From a virus (Duplodnaviria; Caudoviricetes), in the IMG/VR virus record IMGVR_UViG_3300009168_000013, positions 1 to 56,124 of that record: 56,124 nucleotides of DNA; one strand, given 5' to 3'. Positions within the stretch are counted from its first letter, which is position 1, and each line of letters starts with the position of its first letter. Below, one piece after another: positions 35,845-44,140 of the stretch. A program made the position numbers and the translations under genes. The notes below the pieces were generated by a model, which had not been told where the DNA came from, did no database searches, and saw only the letters and a program-made list of their open reading frames with translations.

Positions 35845-36419
35845 TCGAGCGCCAGACGTTCCACGCCGACTACCCGCTCGCAGACCTCGTGCCCCACCCG
35901 GACAACCCTCGCCGGGGCGACGTGCTCTCCCTGGCGGAGGCCATCGAGGCCCTCGGCTTCTACGGGGCGATCTACCTCCACGGCGACTCCTCCGTCGTGC
36001 TGGCGGGCTGGCACCGGGTCCTGGCCCTCCACGCCACCGGCGTCACCGCCGCCCCGGTCATCCGCCTCTACTGCTCCGACGCCACCGCCCTCCGGGTGAT
36101 GCTGGCCGACAACCGCATCGGCGACCTCGGCCATGAGGACCCGCTGCTCCTCGGCGACGCCCTGGCCGCCCTGGCCGCCTCGCCGCTGGGCCTGGCGGGC
36201 ACCGGGTACACGGAGGACGACCTGGCCGACCTGATGGCCGCCGCCGAGGCCGCCTCGCCCTGGGGCTCCTCGGTCGCTCAGGGCGGCGAGTCACGCTCCC
36301 TGGTGCTCCTGTACGACGCCGCCGGGCTGCGCGAGGTCGTCGGCCACATCGACGCTCTCTGCTCCCGCTGGGGCCTCGACTCGGCTGCTGCTGTCGTGCG
36401 CCGCCTCGTGCTCTCGTGA
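35841..36419 (+). CDS. ParB/Srx N-terminal domain protein 2
   Basis: HPDNPRRGD, VLAGWHR and LADNR; paralog of 34380. Confidence 0.82.
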   Translation: MIERQTFHADYPLADLVPHPDNPRRGDVLSLAEAIEALGFYGAIYLHGDSSVVLAGWHRVLALHATGVTAAPVIRLYCSDATALRVMLADNRIGDLGHEDPLLLGDALAALAASPLGLAGTGYTEDDLADLMAAAEAASPWGSSVAQGGESRSLVLLYDAAGLREVVGHIDALCSRWGLDSAAAVVRRLVLS

Positions 36420-36967
36420 GGGGAGCCCTGTACGTCATCGGCCCTCCCGGCTCCGGCAAGTCTCTCGGCCTCGTGACGGCTCTCGGCCTCGCCGGGCTCC
36501 TGCCCCAGACCTCCGCCGATCAGCCCTTCGCCATGACGCTGCACAACTCCCTCGACGGCACCCGGCCCACCTGGGTCCTGGGCCGCCCTGGTGGCCCCTT
36601 CTCCGGCACCGACGCTCTCGCCATGAACGTCGCCCCTCGTGTCAGAGAGTGGCTCCTGGGGGCCTCTCCGGCGGCCGTGGCGGCTGAGGGCGACCGCCTC
36701 GCCAACCCGGTCACCCTCGACGCCCTCTGGCACGCCTTCCCGACGGGCCGCCTCGCCGTGCTCGACCTCCCGCCCGCCCTCTCCTGGGACCGCATGGTGC
36801 GCCGGGCCGAAGCCCTGGGCCGCCCGCCGCAGAGCGAATCCTGGTGGAAGGGGAGGGTCACCAAGACCCTGAACCTGGCTGCGCGCTACGCCGACATCGC
36901 CGTCCGGGTCGACGCCACCGGCTCGCCCGACGACGTCGCCGAGGCCCTCGTGCCGCTCCTCCCGTAG
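36416..36967 (+). CDS. P-loop kinase of base-modification clusters (candidate 5-hmU DNA kinase)
   Basis: Walker A GPPGSGKS; FSGTDAL, EGDRL and W.KGR.TK motifs; gene context. Confidence 0.75.
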   Translation: MRGALYVIGPPGSGKSLGLVTALGLAGLLPQTSADQPFAMTLHNSLDGTRPTWVLGRPGGPFSGTDALAMNVAPRVREWLLGASPAAVAAEGDRLANPVTLDALWHAFPTGRLAVLDLPPALSWDRMVRRAEALGRPPQSESWWKGRVTKTLNLAARYADIAVRVDATGSPDDVAEALVPLLP

Positions 36968-38070
36968 TGGACCTCTCCGGCGTCGACCTGCGCGCAACGG
37001 CCTACCGCCGGGAGACGTTCCTCCGCTCCTGGGAGTTCACCCTCACCTACGGCACCCACCCGGGCTGCGTCTACCTGGCCTGGCCCACCCTCACCCGGCT
37101 CCTCTCCTGGTCGCCGGAGGAGGCCCTCTGGTACGCCTTCATCAACGGCAACACCCAGCACCCCGCCACCTCCCTCGTGCTCTGGCACGCTGCCCCGCTG
37201 CCCCGCCACGCCGACCGCCTGGTCGACGCCTGGCGCTCCCTGTACGGCTCCCTGGCCTTCGACACCGACCGCCGGTACCACCGCAAGGCGCTCCCCGCCG
37301 CCGTGCTGTCGTACCTCGGCCTCATCGGCGGCGGAAGCCAGGAGGCCTTCTGGCGGGCTCGGGCTGGGGAGGGCTGGGCCTCGTGCTGGGCCTCGGCCCG
37401 CTCCGTCGCCACCTTCGGCCGCCTCTCGGCCTGGTCGTACCTGGAGTACGTCCGGCTCTGCGGCATCGCCCTCGACGCCGACTCGCTCATGCTCACCGAC
37501 CGTGACGGCTCCCGCTCGCACCGCAACGGCCTGGCCATCGTCGAGGGCTCCGACGACCTGGACTGGCACGCCTCCAACCTCGGCTACCGTGGCTACCAGG
37601 CGGCGGACCTGGAGCGTCTGGCGGACCTGGGGGAGGGCCTGCTGGCCGACATGCACCTGCGCGCAGCGGGGCAGCCCTGGGCCGCCGACGTCTCCCGGCT
37701 CACGCTGGAGTCGGCCCTCTGCACGTACAAGGGATGGCACCGCCCCGACCGGCGCTACCCCAACGTCTACGCCGACATGATGCACGACCGCCTGGTCGCC
37801 GCCGAGGCCGCCCATCCGACGGTCGACTTCTCCCCTCTCTGGGCCGCCCGGGCCGCCGTGCTGCCCGCCACGCTGCGGCTGGAAGATTCCCCCGGGGACC
37901 CGGGGCTGGGGCCTCTCAAGCAGAACTTCTACCGGCTCTCCGGGCGGCAGCACACCCTCGGCCTCCGCTGGCCCGATATGCTGTCTGACCTGGACGGACG
38001 CCTCGCCGACGGCTCGCTCGGGACCTTCCGCTCTCCCCGGGACATAGGCCGTTCGGCTCATCTCGCGTAG
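36967..38070 (+). CDS. aGPT-Pplase2 / amino acid:DNA transferase family protein
   Basis: DTDRRY, FGRLSAWSYLEY, SRSHRNGL and ESALCTYK..RRYPNVY motifs. Confidence 0.78.
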   Translation: MDLSGVDLRATAYRRETFLRSWEFTLTYGTHPGCVYLAWPTLTRLLSWSPEEALWYAFINGNTQHPATSLVLWHAAPLPRHADRLVDAWRSLYGSLAFDTDRRYHRKALPAAVLSYLGLIGGGSQEAFWRARAGEGWASCWASARSVATFGRLSAWSYLEYVRLCGIALDADSLMLTDRDGSRSHRNGLAIVEGSDDLDWHASNLGYRGYQAADLERLADLGEGLLADMHLRAAGQPWAADVSRLTLESALCTYKGWHRPDRRYPNVYADMMHDRLVAAEAAHPTVDFSPLWAARAAVLPATLRLEDSPGDPGLGPLKQNFYRLSGRQHTLGLRWPDMLSDLDGRLADGSLGTFRSPRDIGRSAHLA

Positions 38071-38124
38071 AATCTTCGCGCAGAGGTTGTGTTCCCGCCG
38101 GGCGGCGGCTAATCTACCTACATG
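38046..38124 (+). promoter_or_regulatory. Conserved promoter repeat, copy 3
   Basis: GCCGTTCGGC 38048-57; TTGTGT 38087-92; 17 bp; TAATCT 38110-15; ATG 38122. Confidence 0.85.
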
Positions 38125-39162
38125 ACCGTTCAACTCACCTCCGCTCGGGCCTTCGGCGTCGAGATCGAGTGCCACTCCCGGCTGTCGTTCGACACCCTCG
38201 CCCGTACCCTCTCGGCTGCCACCGGCCTCCAGTTTGAAGTTCAGGGCTGGTCGCAGCACACCACCGCTGCCCGGGGCCACAACCGGGGCACCTGGAAGAT
38301 CGTCCCCGACGGCTCGCTGAGCCACACCACCGGCAAGGAGGTCGTCTCCCCGGTGCTGTCGGGCGACGAGGGTGCCCGCCAGGTCACCGCCGTCCTGACC
38401 GCCCTTCGGGACGCCGGGGCGACCGTCGACCGGGCCTGCGGCATGCACGTCCACCACGACGCCAACGACATCACGGTCGACGGCATGGTGCGGCTGGTCG
38501 AGGGCTTCGCCGCCCGCCAGGTCAGCCTCATGGACCGCTTCGTCTCCCCGAGCCGCCGCAACGGCCGCTGGGCCTCACGGCTCTCCGGGGCCGAGGTCCG
38601 CACGGCGACCAACGCCCTCTCCAACGGCTACGCCGCTGCCCAGCGTGGCACCTGCGGAGTGGACCGCTACCGGGCACTCAACCTCCTCGCCTACGCCTCC
38701 TACGGCACGGTGGAGTTCCGCCAGCACCAGGGGACGCTGAACGCCTCCAAGGTGCTCGCCTGGGTCGCCCTCGGCCAGGCCATCGTCGAGGCCGCCATCG
38801 ACGGGACGCTCCCGGGGATGCAGACCTCGATCGAGTTCCTCAACGAGGCTGTCGGCTCCGGGCTCATGCACGGCTCGGCCGCCCGCTCGCTCACCCGCCG
38901 GGCCGCCGCCTTCGGCTTCGACGCTCCGGCCATCACGGCTCGCTCCTCGATGAGCCGCGCAGCGCAGGGTCGCCGCACCCGGGTCGCCAACGTCTCGGAG
39001 GAGACGGATGCCGAGGCCTTCCACCTCCGCTCGGCGGGGCGCACCTGGCGTCAGGTCGCCGAGGCACTCGGGCTCGCCCGGGAGTCGTCGGCCCGCACGG
39101 CCGCCGGTCGCCACTCGGCCCGCATCGGCGCCTCGGTCGGGTACGTCCCGACCGGGGCCTGA
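38122..39162 (+). CDS. Putative amidoligase (COOH-NH2 ligase) with C-terminal HTH
   Basis: FGVEIE, W.IV.DGS, E.VSPVL, CGMHVH, RY..LN and TVEFRQH.GT; tail RTWRQVAEALG. Confidence 0.85.
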   Translation: MTVQLTSARAFGVEIECHSRLSFDTLARTLSAATGLQFEVQGWSQHTTAARGHNRGTWKIVPDGSLSHTTGKEVVSPVLSGDEGARQVTAVLTALRDAGATVDRACGMHVHHDANDITVDGMVRLVEGFAARQVSLMDRFVSPSRRNGRWASRLSGAEVRTATNALSNGYAAAQRGTCGVDRYRALNLLAYASYGTVEFRQHQGTLNASKVLAWVALGQAIVEAAIDGTLPGMQTSIEFLNEAVGSGLMHGSAARSLTRRAAAFGFDAPAITARSSMSRAAQGRRTRVANVSEETDAEAFHLRSAGRTWRQVAEALGLARESSARTAAGRHSARIGASVGYVPTGA

Positions 39163-39168
39163 CCCCCC

Positions 39169-39256
39169 AGGAATCTCCGCCGCCAGGTTGTGTTCCCGCC
39201 TGGCGGCGGCTAGTCTACCCCTACCACCACGACGTCTCGAAAGGACTCCGCCAGTG
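39169..39256 (+). promoter_or_regulatory. Conserved promoter repeat, copy 4 (no upstream box; leadered)
   Basis: GGAATCT; TTGTGT 39188-93; 17 bp; TAGTCT 39211-16; SD AAAGGA. Confidence 0.8.
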
Positions 39257-40195
39257 TGCGGCATCGCAGGTTTCTCACGCAGGGGCTCCGGCTCCACCTT
39301 CCCCGCCGGGGATCTATCCCTGGCCCTCGCCCTCGCCATCGAGGCCCGAGGCCCCCACGCCACCGGCTACGGCTGGATCGACGAGGCCTCCGCCTGGCCC
39401 TACTTCTGGAAGGAGCAGGGGCGGGCCTCCCTGGTCGCCGACCTCTGCGCCGTCACCCGGGACCCCGAGGTGCGGACGCTCATCGCTCACACCCGGTACG
39501 CCACCCAGGGCTCGCCCTCGGTCGCCGCCAACAACCACCCGGTCGTCGCTCCCGGCATCGTCCTGGTGCACAACGGCGTCGTCACCAACGACGACGCCCT
39601 GTTCCGCACCCTCGGCGTGGAGCGCATGGCGGAGGTCGACTCCGAGGTCATCGCCGCCCTGCTGTCGTACTCGGGCATGGACCCCTGGCTCGCCCTCGCC
39701 GAGTTGCGCGGACGGGCCGCTGTCGCCTGGCTCGACGCCGACTCGCCCGACACGCTGCACCTCGCCCGGGTCACCGACTCGCCCCTCCACTACGCCCACA
39801 CCAAGGGCGGAGCGTTCATCTTCGCCTCCACGGCCAAGGCCATCAACGACGCCGCCGGGCTGGCCCAGGTTCGCCTGGTGGGCCGGGTGCGCTCGGTGGA
39901 CGAGGGCACCTACCTCCGGGTCGTGCGGGGCGACATCACCGTCGTCCGCCGCATCGCCATCACCCGCACCGCCACGACCGGGCCTCGGCTCGACCAGGGC
40001 GCCGCCCCCGCCAAGAAGAAGGGCAAGAAGGGACGCCACGCCAACCAGGGCCGCCTGCTCTCCGTCGCCCCCGACCCGGCGACCTGGGACTGGACGGACG
40101 GCCGGGGCATCACCGACCGCTTCGCCCGCCCGGCGACCGCCACCCAGCCGCCGGAGCCCTACTGGGCCTGGCGCAACCGGGACGAGGGCAAGTGA
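39254..40195 (+). CDS. Class II (Ntn) glutamine amidotransferase
   Basis: N-terminal MCGIAG; RG.HATG, HTRYATQG, NNHP, HNG and VDSE motifs. Confidence 0.9.
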   Translation: MCGIAGFSRRGSGSTFPAGDLSLALALAIEARGPHATGYGWIDEASAWPYFWKEQGRASLVADLCAVTRDPEVRTLIAHTRYATQGSPSVAANNHPVVAPGIVLVHNGVVTNDDALFRTLGVERMAEVDSEVIAALLSYSGMDPWLALAELRGRAAVAWLDADSPDTLHLARVTDSPLHYAHTKGGAFIFASTAKAINDAAGLAQVRLVGRVRSVDEGTYLRVVRGDITVVRRIAITRTATTGPRLDQGAAPAKKKGKKGRHANQGRLLSVAPDPATWDWTDGRGITDRFARPATATQPPEPYWAWRNRDEGK

Positions 40196-40374
40196 CCTCC
40201 CGCCTCTCGCCCGCCGCCCAGGTGCAGGCCGCCCTGGGCCGCCTGGCCGCCACCACCCGCTCCCTCCGGGCCGAACCCTGGGGGGAGCGCAGCGACGTGG
40301 AGGCGCAGGCCGCCCTCGACGTCGTCCACGCCGCCCACCGCCTGCTCCGCTCGCTCACGAAAGACACGCCATGA
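40192..40374 (+). CDS. Hypothetical protein
   Basis: GTGA overlap. Confidence 0.55.
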   Translation: MTSRLSPAAQVQAALGRLAATTRSLRAEPWGERSDVEAQAALDVVHAAHRLLRSLTKDTP

Positions 40375-40652
40375 AGCCCCAGAAGTACCCGGTACCGCTC
40401 CGCTCCCGCTGGAGCGTGCTCATCGAGTTCGACAACGCCATCCAGGTCAGCGGCACCTCCGCCACCGACCTCCTCGCCCGGCTGGGCACCGTCCAGTGGC
40501 TCGCCGACTGGAAGCCGGTGCCCGAGATGAAGCGCCTCCTGGCCCACCGGGTCGAGGTGCTCACCAGCACCGTCGTCGACCCGGCGATGGACGACGACGA
40601 CTTCCTCGACGCCTGCGGGGCGGCCGGGGCCTTCCGGGTCGTGCGCCGATGA
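40371..40652 (+). CDS. Hypothetical protein
   Basis: ATGA overlap. Confidence 0.65.
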   Translation: MKPQKYPVPLRSRWSVLIEFDNAIQVSGTSATDLLARLGTVQWLADWKPVPEMKRLLAHRVEVLTSTVVDPAMDDDDFLDACGAAGAFRVVRR

Positions 40653-40852
40653 GCGAGCCCGAGCGCCGTCCTCGGACGGTGTACGACGAGCAACTGCCCC
40701 GCATCATCGCCGCCGCCGAGGCCCGGGCCGCCGCCGTGCGCGCAGCCGGGCTCCGGCGCCGGTGCGTCGTCTGCGGCCGGGCGATGCTGGTGCAGCCCGC
40801 CGACTGGGACCGCCACAAGACCTGCCGCACTCCCCAACACGAAGGAACCTGA
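40649..40852 (+). CDS. Small Zn-finger protein
   Basis: CVVC..HKTC; coupled overlaps. Confidence 0.55.
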   Translation: MSEPERRPRTVYDEQLPRIIAAAEARAAAVRAAGLRRRCVVCGRAMLVQPADWDRHKTCRTPQHEGT

Positions 40853-41250
40853 TGGACACCGACCACGACACCGCTCCCGCCTCCCGGGGCCTCACCGCCG
40901 AGGAGCACGCCGCCCTGGCCTCCCGGGTCGCCGCCCGGCTCTCCGCCGACGGCCGGGTGACGGCCAACGCTGCCCAGACGCTCGCCGCCGTCGCCCAGGC
41001 CCACGCTGCTGCGGCCGCCGCCCTCCGGGCCAACCCTGCCCTCGCCTACGCGCACGCCGGGCTCCCGCCGTGCGGGGCGACGGTGCAGGACGGCCGGGGC
41101 TCCGCCTGGTGCTCCCGGCGCTCCGGGCCGTGCCCCTACCCCGGGGCCGCCCACGGCTACGTGACCGTCGTGGCCACCGGGGAGCACCGCTACACGCCCT
41201 GCGCCGCAACGGGGGACCTCCTCGCCCACGAGAACGACGATCATGGCTGA
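40852..41250 (+). CDS. Hypothetical protein
   Basis: SD AAGGA; TGATG coupling. Confidence 0.6.
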   Translation: MDTDHDTAPASRGLTAEEHAALASRVAARLSADGRVTANAAQTLAAVAQAHAAAAAALRANPALAYAHAGLPPCGATVQDGRGSAWCSRRSGPCPYPGAAHGYVTVVATGEHRYTPCAATGDLLAHENDDHG

Positions 41251-41271
41251 GACGGCATCTGAGGGGCCTCT
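41249..41271 (+). repeat. 23-bp dispersed motif, copy 3
   Basis: gagacggcatctgaggggcctct. Confidence 0.7.
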
Positions 41272-41418
41272 GCGGCATCCCTCGTGCGACGTCTCCCGGT
41301 GCGGCCGGGCCGCCGTGCTCCGGGTCCGCTTCCACCGGGCCTGGCGGCCGTACTGCGCCTTCCACGGCCTCGACCGTCGTGGCGCCGTCCGCTGGCCCGG
41401 GTACGACGTGGAGCCGCT

Positions 41419-41497
41419 GGGTCGTTCGGCCCATTCCTCAGGAATCTCGCCGGAGAGGTTGTCTGGCCGCCGCCCGGCGGCTAGTCTACCTCACATG
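41419..41497 (+). promoter_or_regulatory. Conserved promoter repeat, copy 5
   Basis: GTCGTTCGGC 41421-30; TTGTCT 41459-64; 17 bp; TAGTCT 41482-87; ATG 41495. Confidence 0.85.
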
Positions 41498-41650
41498 ACC
41501 ACAACCCCGACGTACCGGGTCCTCACCGAGGACATGGAAGGCGCCGTGGACGTGCTGGCCCGCAACCTCTCCGAGGCCCAGGCCGATGCGCTCCTCGCCA
41601 ACGCCCGCCGTGAATCCCACGTCGCCTTCGCCTGGAAAGAGGCCCGCTAA
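41495..41650 (+). CDS. Small hypothetical protein (leaderless; in frame with an upstream ORF from 41243)
   Basis: ATG 7 nt after the -10 box. Confidence 0.6.
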   Translation: MTTTPTYRVLTEDMEGAVDVLARNLSEAQADALLANARRESHVAFAWKEAR

Positions 41651-41652
41651 TC

Positions 41653-41769
41653 ATGGACATCTACGACCGCATCTGCCCCGAGTGCCTGGGCGACGTATTC
41701 GACACCTTCGGCCTCACCGGCCACGGCTGCGATTGCACGCCCGAGGTGGACGAGGAGGAGGACGCATGA
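41653..41769 (+). CDS. Small acidic Cys-containing protein (38 aa)
   Basis: CPEC..CDC; ATGA overlap with GGCT. Confidence 0.5.
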   Translation: MDIYDRICPECLGDVFDTFGLTGHGCDCTPEVDEEEDA

Positions 41770-42296
41770 GCGACCTCGACCCCTTCGGCCCCGCCCTCAC
41801 CTCGCTGGAGGAGGAGGGCTGGGGCGAGTGCGCCACCTGCGGCTCGCTCACCCAGGCGGAGGGCTCCGTCTGCGCCGTCTGCCTGGCGCTGGCCTTCGCC
41901 CCCGCTCCCCCGGCCGACGACGCCGTGTTCGTCTACGGCACGCTCCGCCCGGGCTGCGGCAACGACCGCCTCTGGCAGGGCACCGGGACGACCGCGCACC
42001 TCGCCGTCGCCACCGGCATCCGCCTCCACGGCCTCGGCCGGGCCTTCCCCTACGCCGTCGAGGCCACCGAGGACGTCACCTTCGGCACGCTCCTCATCTT
42101 CCCCGAGGCCGAGCGCGCAGCCCTGCTGCAACGCTTCGACTGGCTGGAGGGCACGCCCCACCACTACGTCCGGCAGACTGTCCGGGTCGCCACCTTCGAC
42201 GGCCACCGCTCGGCCTGGGTCTACCTGGCCGCCGACGAGGCCCGGGCCACGGCCCTCCCGCCGGTGCCCGGCAACGACTGGACGAACGTCCGGTAG
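41766..42296 (+). CDS. Gamma-glutamylcyclotransferase (AIG2-like) with N-terminal Zn ribbon
   Basis: FVYGTLRPG, FD.LEG...Y.R and AWVY motifs. Confidence 0.85.
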   Translation: MSDLDPFGPALTSLEEEGWGECATCGSLTQAEGSVCAVCLALAFAPAPPADDAVFVYGTLRPGCGNDRLWQGTGTTAHLAVATGIRLHGLGRAFPYAVEATEDVTFGTLLIFPEAERAALLQRFDWLEGTPHHYVRQTVRVATFDGHRSAWVYLAADEARATALPPVPGNDWTNVR

Positions 42297-42323
42297 GCTC
42301 GCCTCGCTTCACCAGAGGCGCCT

Positions 42324-42367
42324 GAGGCCCCGCTCTCCCACTGAACGGTCAGGGAGGGCGGGGCCTC
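42324..42367 (+). terminator. Intrinsic terminator-like hairpin
   Basis: GAGGCCCCGCTCTCCC / GGGAGGGCGGGGCCTC; tail GCTGCGCGCA. Confidence 0.7.
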
Positions 42368-42427
42368 GCTGCGCGCACCGGGACGGGCTCGGGCTGAGGA
42401 CCTGCGAACCACGCCAGCAAGGGAGGT

Positions 42428-42506
42428 GGGCCGTTCGGCCTGTTCCTCAGGAATCTTCCCGATCAGGTTGCTTCCCCGCCGCCCGGCGGCTAGTCTGATC
42501 CTCATG
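42428..42506 (+). promoter_or_regulatory. Conserved promoter repeat, copy 6
   Basis: GGCCGTTCGGCC; TTGCTT 42468-73; 17 bp; TAGTCT 42491-96; ATG 42504. Confidence 0.85.
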
Positions 42507-42704
42507 ACCACCCCCGCAACCTTCCTCCTCGTCGCCGCCAACGGCGCCGTCCTCCACGGCAACACCAACCCCCACTACCTCCGCATGTTCGTGGCGGGCG
42601 ACCTCAACGACGCCAAGGTCATCGAGGTCGCCACCGGCGCCGACGTGACCGCCTACGGCACGCTGCCCGGCGACACCCGCCCCGGCTACGAGGTGGCGGC
42701 ATGA
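42504..42704 (+). CDS. Hypothetical protein (leaderless)
   Basis: ATG 7 nt after the -10 box. Confidence 0.65.
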   Translation: MTTPATFLLVAANGAVLHGNTNPHYLRMFVAGDLNDAKVIEVATGADVTAYGTLPGDTRPGYEVAA

Positions 42705-42955
42705 GCACCGTCACCCTCCCCACCCGGGCGGCCTCGCCCTTCGCCGTCGTCTACGTCGGCGAGTTCGGGACGACCATCGTCTCGTTCCACCGCTCCGCCG
42801 AGGGCGCCTACCGCCGGGCTCGCCGCAGCCCCAACTACTTCGCCCGCCCCGTCGTGGACGGCGCCGTCACCATCACCCTCACGCAGGCCCAGATCGACCG
42901 GCAGGCCGCCGCCTCCCGGCGCCTGGCCGCCCGCTGCCCCGGGCTGGAGGGCTGA
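42701..42955 (+). CDS. Hypothetical protein
   Basis: ATGA overlap, SD GAGG. Confidence 0.6.
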   Translation: MSTVTLPTRAASPFAVVYVGEFGTTIVSFHRSAEGAYRRARRSPNYFARPVVDGAVTITLTQAQIDRQAAASRRLAARCPGLEG

Positions 42956-42958
42956 GCG

Positions 42959-43210
42959 ATGGACGCCTTCGCCACCCCCACCGTCACCTGGCACGGCCCC
43001 GACCGTGCCCGCCCCGGCGCCGACGCCTTCAAGGTGATCGTCCGCCACGGCTCCCGGGTCGCCCACCACGACCGGCTCTCGGTCGAGCAGTACGACGCCC
43101 TCCTGGCCTCGCCCTCGCTCACCAAGCCTGCCCGCACGCAGGAGGCCCCGACCGTCCTGGTCGACCGGCTCTACGCCGGGATGGGGCTGCCCGCCCCGGT
43201 GCGCGCATGA
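42959..43210 (+). CDS. Hypothetical protein
   Basis: SD GGAGG. Confidence 0.6.
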   Translation: MDAFATPTVTWHGPDRARPGADAFKVIVRHGSRVAHHDRLSVEQYDALLASPSLTKPARTQEAPTVLVDRLYAGMGLPAPVRA

Positions 43211-43287
43211 AGCCGCACCCGGACCCCAAGGCCGAGGAGGCCTGGGCGCACGAGGGCTGGGCGGAGACGCTCGCCTCGCCGCTGCCT

Positions 43288-43365
43288 GGGCCGTCCGGCC
43301 CATCTTCGGATTCTTCGTCGAACAGGTTGCTTCCCCGCCGCCCGGCGGCTAGTCTACTCCCTATG
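43288..43365 (+). promoter_or_regulatory. Conserved promoter repeat, copy 7
   Basis: GGCCGTCCGGCC; TTGCTT 43327-32; 17 bp; TAGTCT 43350-55; ATG 43363. Confidence 0.85.
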
Positions 43366-43662
43366 ACCACGACCCCCGAAGCCAAGACCATCGTCATCGC
43401 CCGCACCCACGGCGGCGACCTCCACGCGCACCTCGCCGGGTGCTCCGACCTCCGCAAGCGCAACCGCTACCAGTCAGACGACGGCTACCCCTGGACCGTC
43501 TCGGCCACCTCGGTCGACGACGTCACCTTCGAGGCCTGGGGCGCCTCCGGTGTCGCCTCCGACGACTGTGACGCCGCCTGGGACTCGCCCGAGTACCGGG
43601 CCTACACCCTCGCCAACTACGACGGCCAGGTCCGCTGCTTCCCTTGTGCGGGGCTCCGATGA
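43363..43662 (+). CDS. Hypothetical protein (leaderless; H.H..GC.D...PC motif)
   Basis: ATG 7 nt after the -10 box. Confidence 0.65.
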   Translation: MTTTPEAKTIVIARTHGGDLHAHLAGCSDLRKRNRYQSDDGYPWTVSATSVDDVTFEAWGASGVASDDCDAAWDSPEYRAYTLANYDGQVRCFPCAGLR

Positions 43663-43850
43663 GCGCCTGCGTCGAGATGGTGCAGACCCGTCGCCCGTCC
43701 ATCATGGCCAAGGGCACGGAGTCCAACCGCATCGTCGGCTGGCACCGCTGCACCCGCCCCGCCCTCCCCGGCGACGAGGTGTGCGCGCAGCACGCCGCCG
43801 CCCGGGTGACCGTCCGGGCCGAACTGGCCCGCAGGCGGGCCGCCCGATGA
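43659..43850 (+). CDS. Small Cys/His protein
   Basis: ATGA overlap. Confidence 0.55.
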   Translation: MSACVEMVQTRRPSIMAKGTESNRIVGWHRCTRPALPGDEVCAQHAAARVTVRAELARRRAAR

Positions 43851-44140
43851 ACGGCGACGACGCCCTGTTCGGCCGCATGGAGCGGGCCGAGATGGCGCCG
43901 GTCGAGGTGACCGCCGCCGACTTCACCTCCTGGGTCGAGGACGAGGGCTACGCCCACCAGGTCATCGACCTGCCCGAGGGCCTCCCCTTCGACGAGGCCA
44001 CCTGCGCCTGCGGCAACCCCATCGGCGCCTCGCTCGGCGAGGACGACGACGGCCGCTGCCACGGCGGCTGGGCCACCACCTTCGCCCTCCCCGACGGGAC
44101 CTTCCTCTGCGAGGACTGCGCTCTGGGGGAGGCGGAGTGA
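43847..44140 (+). CDS. Acidic Zn-ribbon protein
   Basis: CACG..CEDC; ATGA overlap. Confidence 0.55.
   Translation: MNGDDALFGRMERAEMAPVEVTAADFTSWVEDEGYAHQVIDLPEGLPFDEATCACGNPIGASLGEDDDGRCHGGWATTFALPDGTFLCEDCALGEAE

Noticed and set aside
34380-36419. ParB genes as a plasmid-prophage partition system
   Set aside because: No ParA ATPase is present and both genes are embedded in a base-modification operon.
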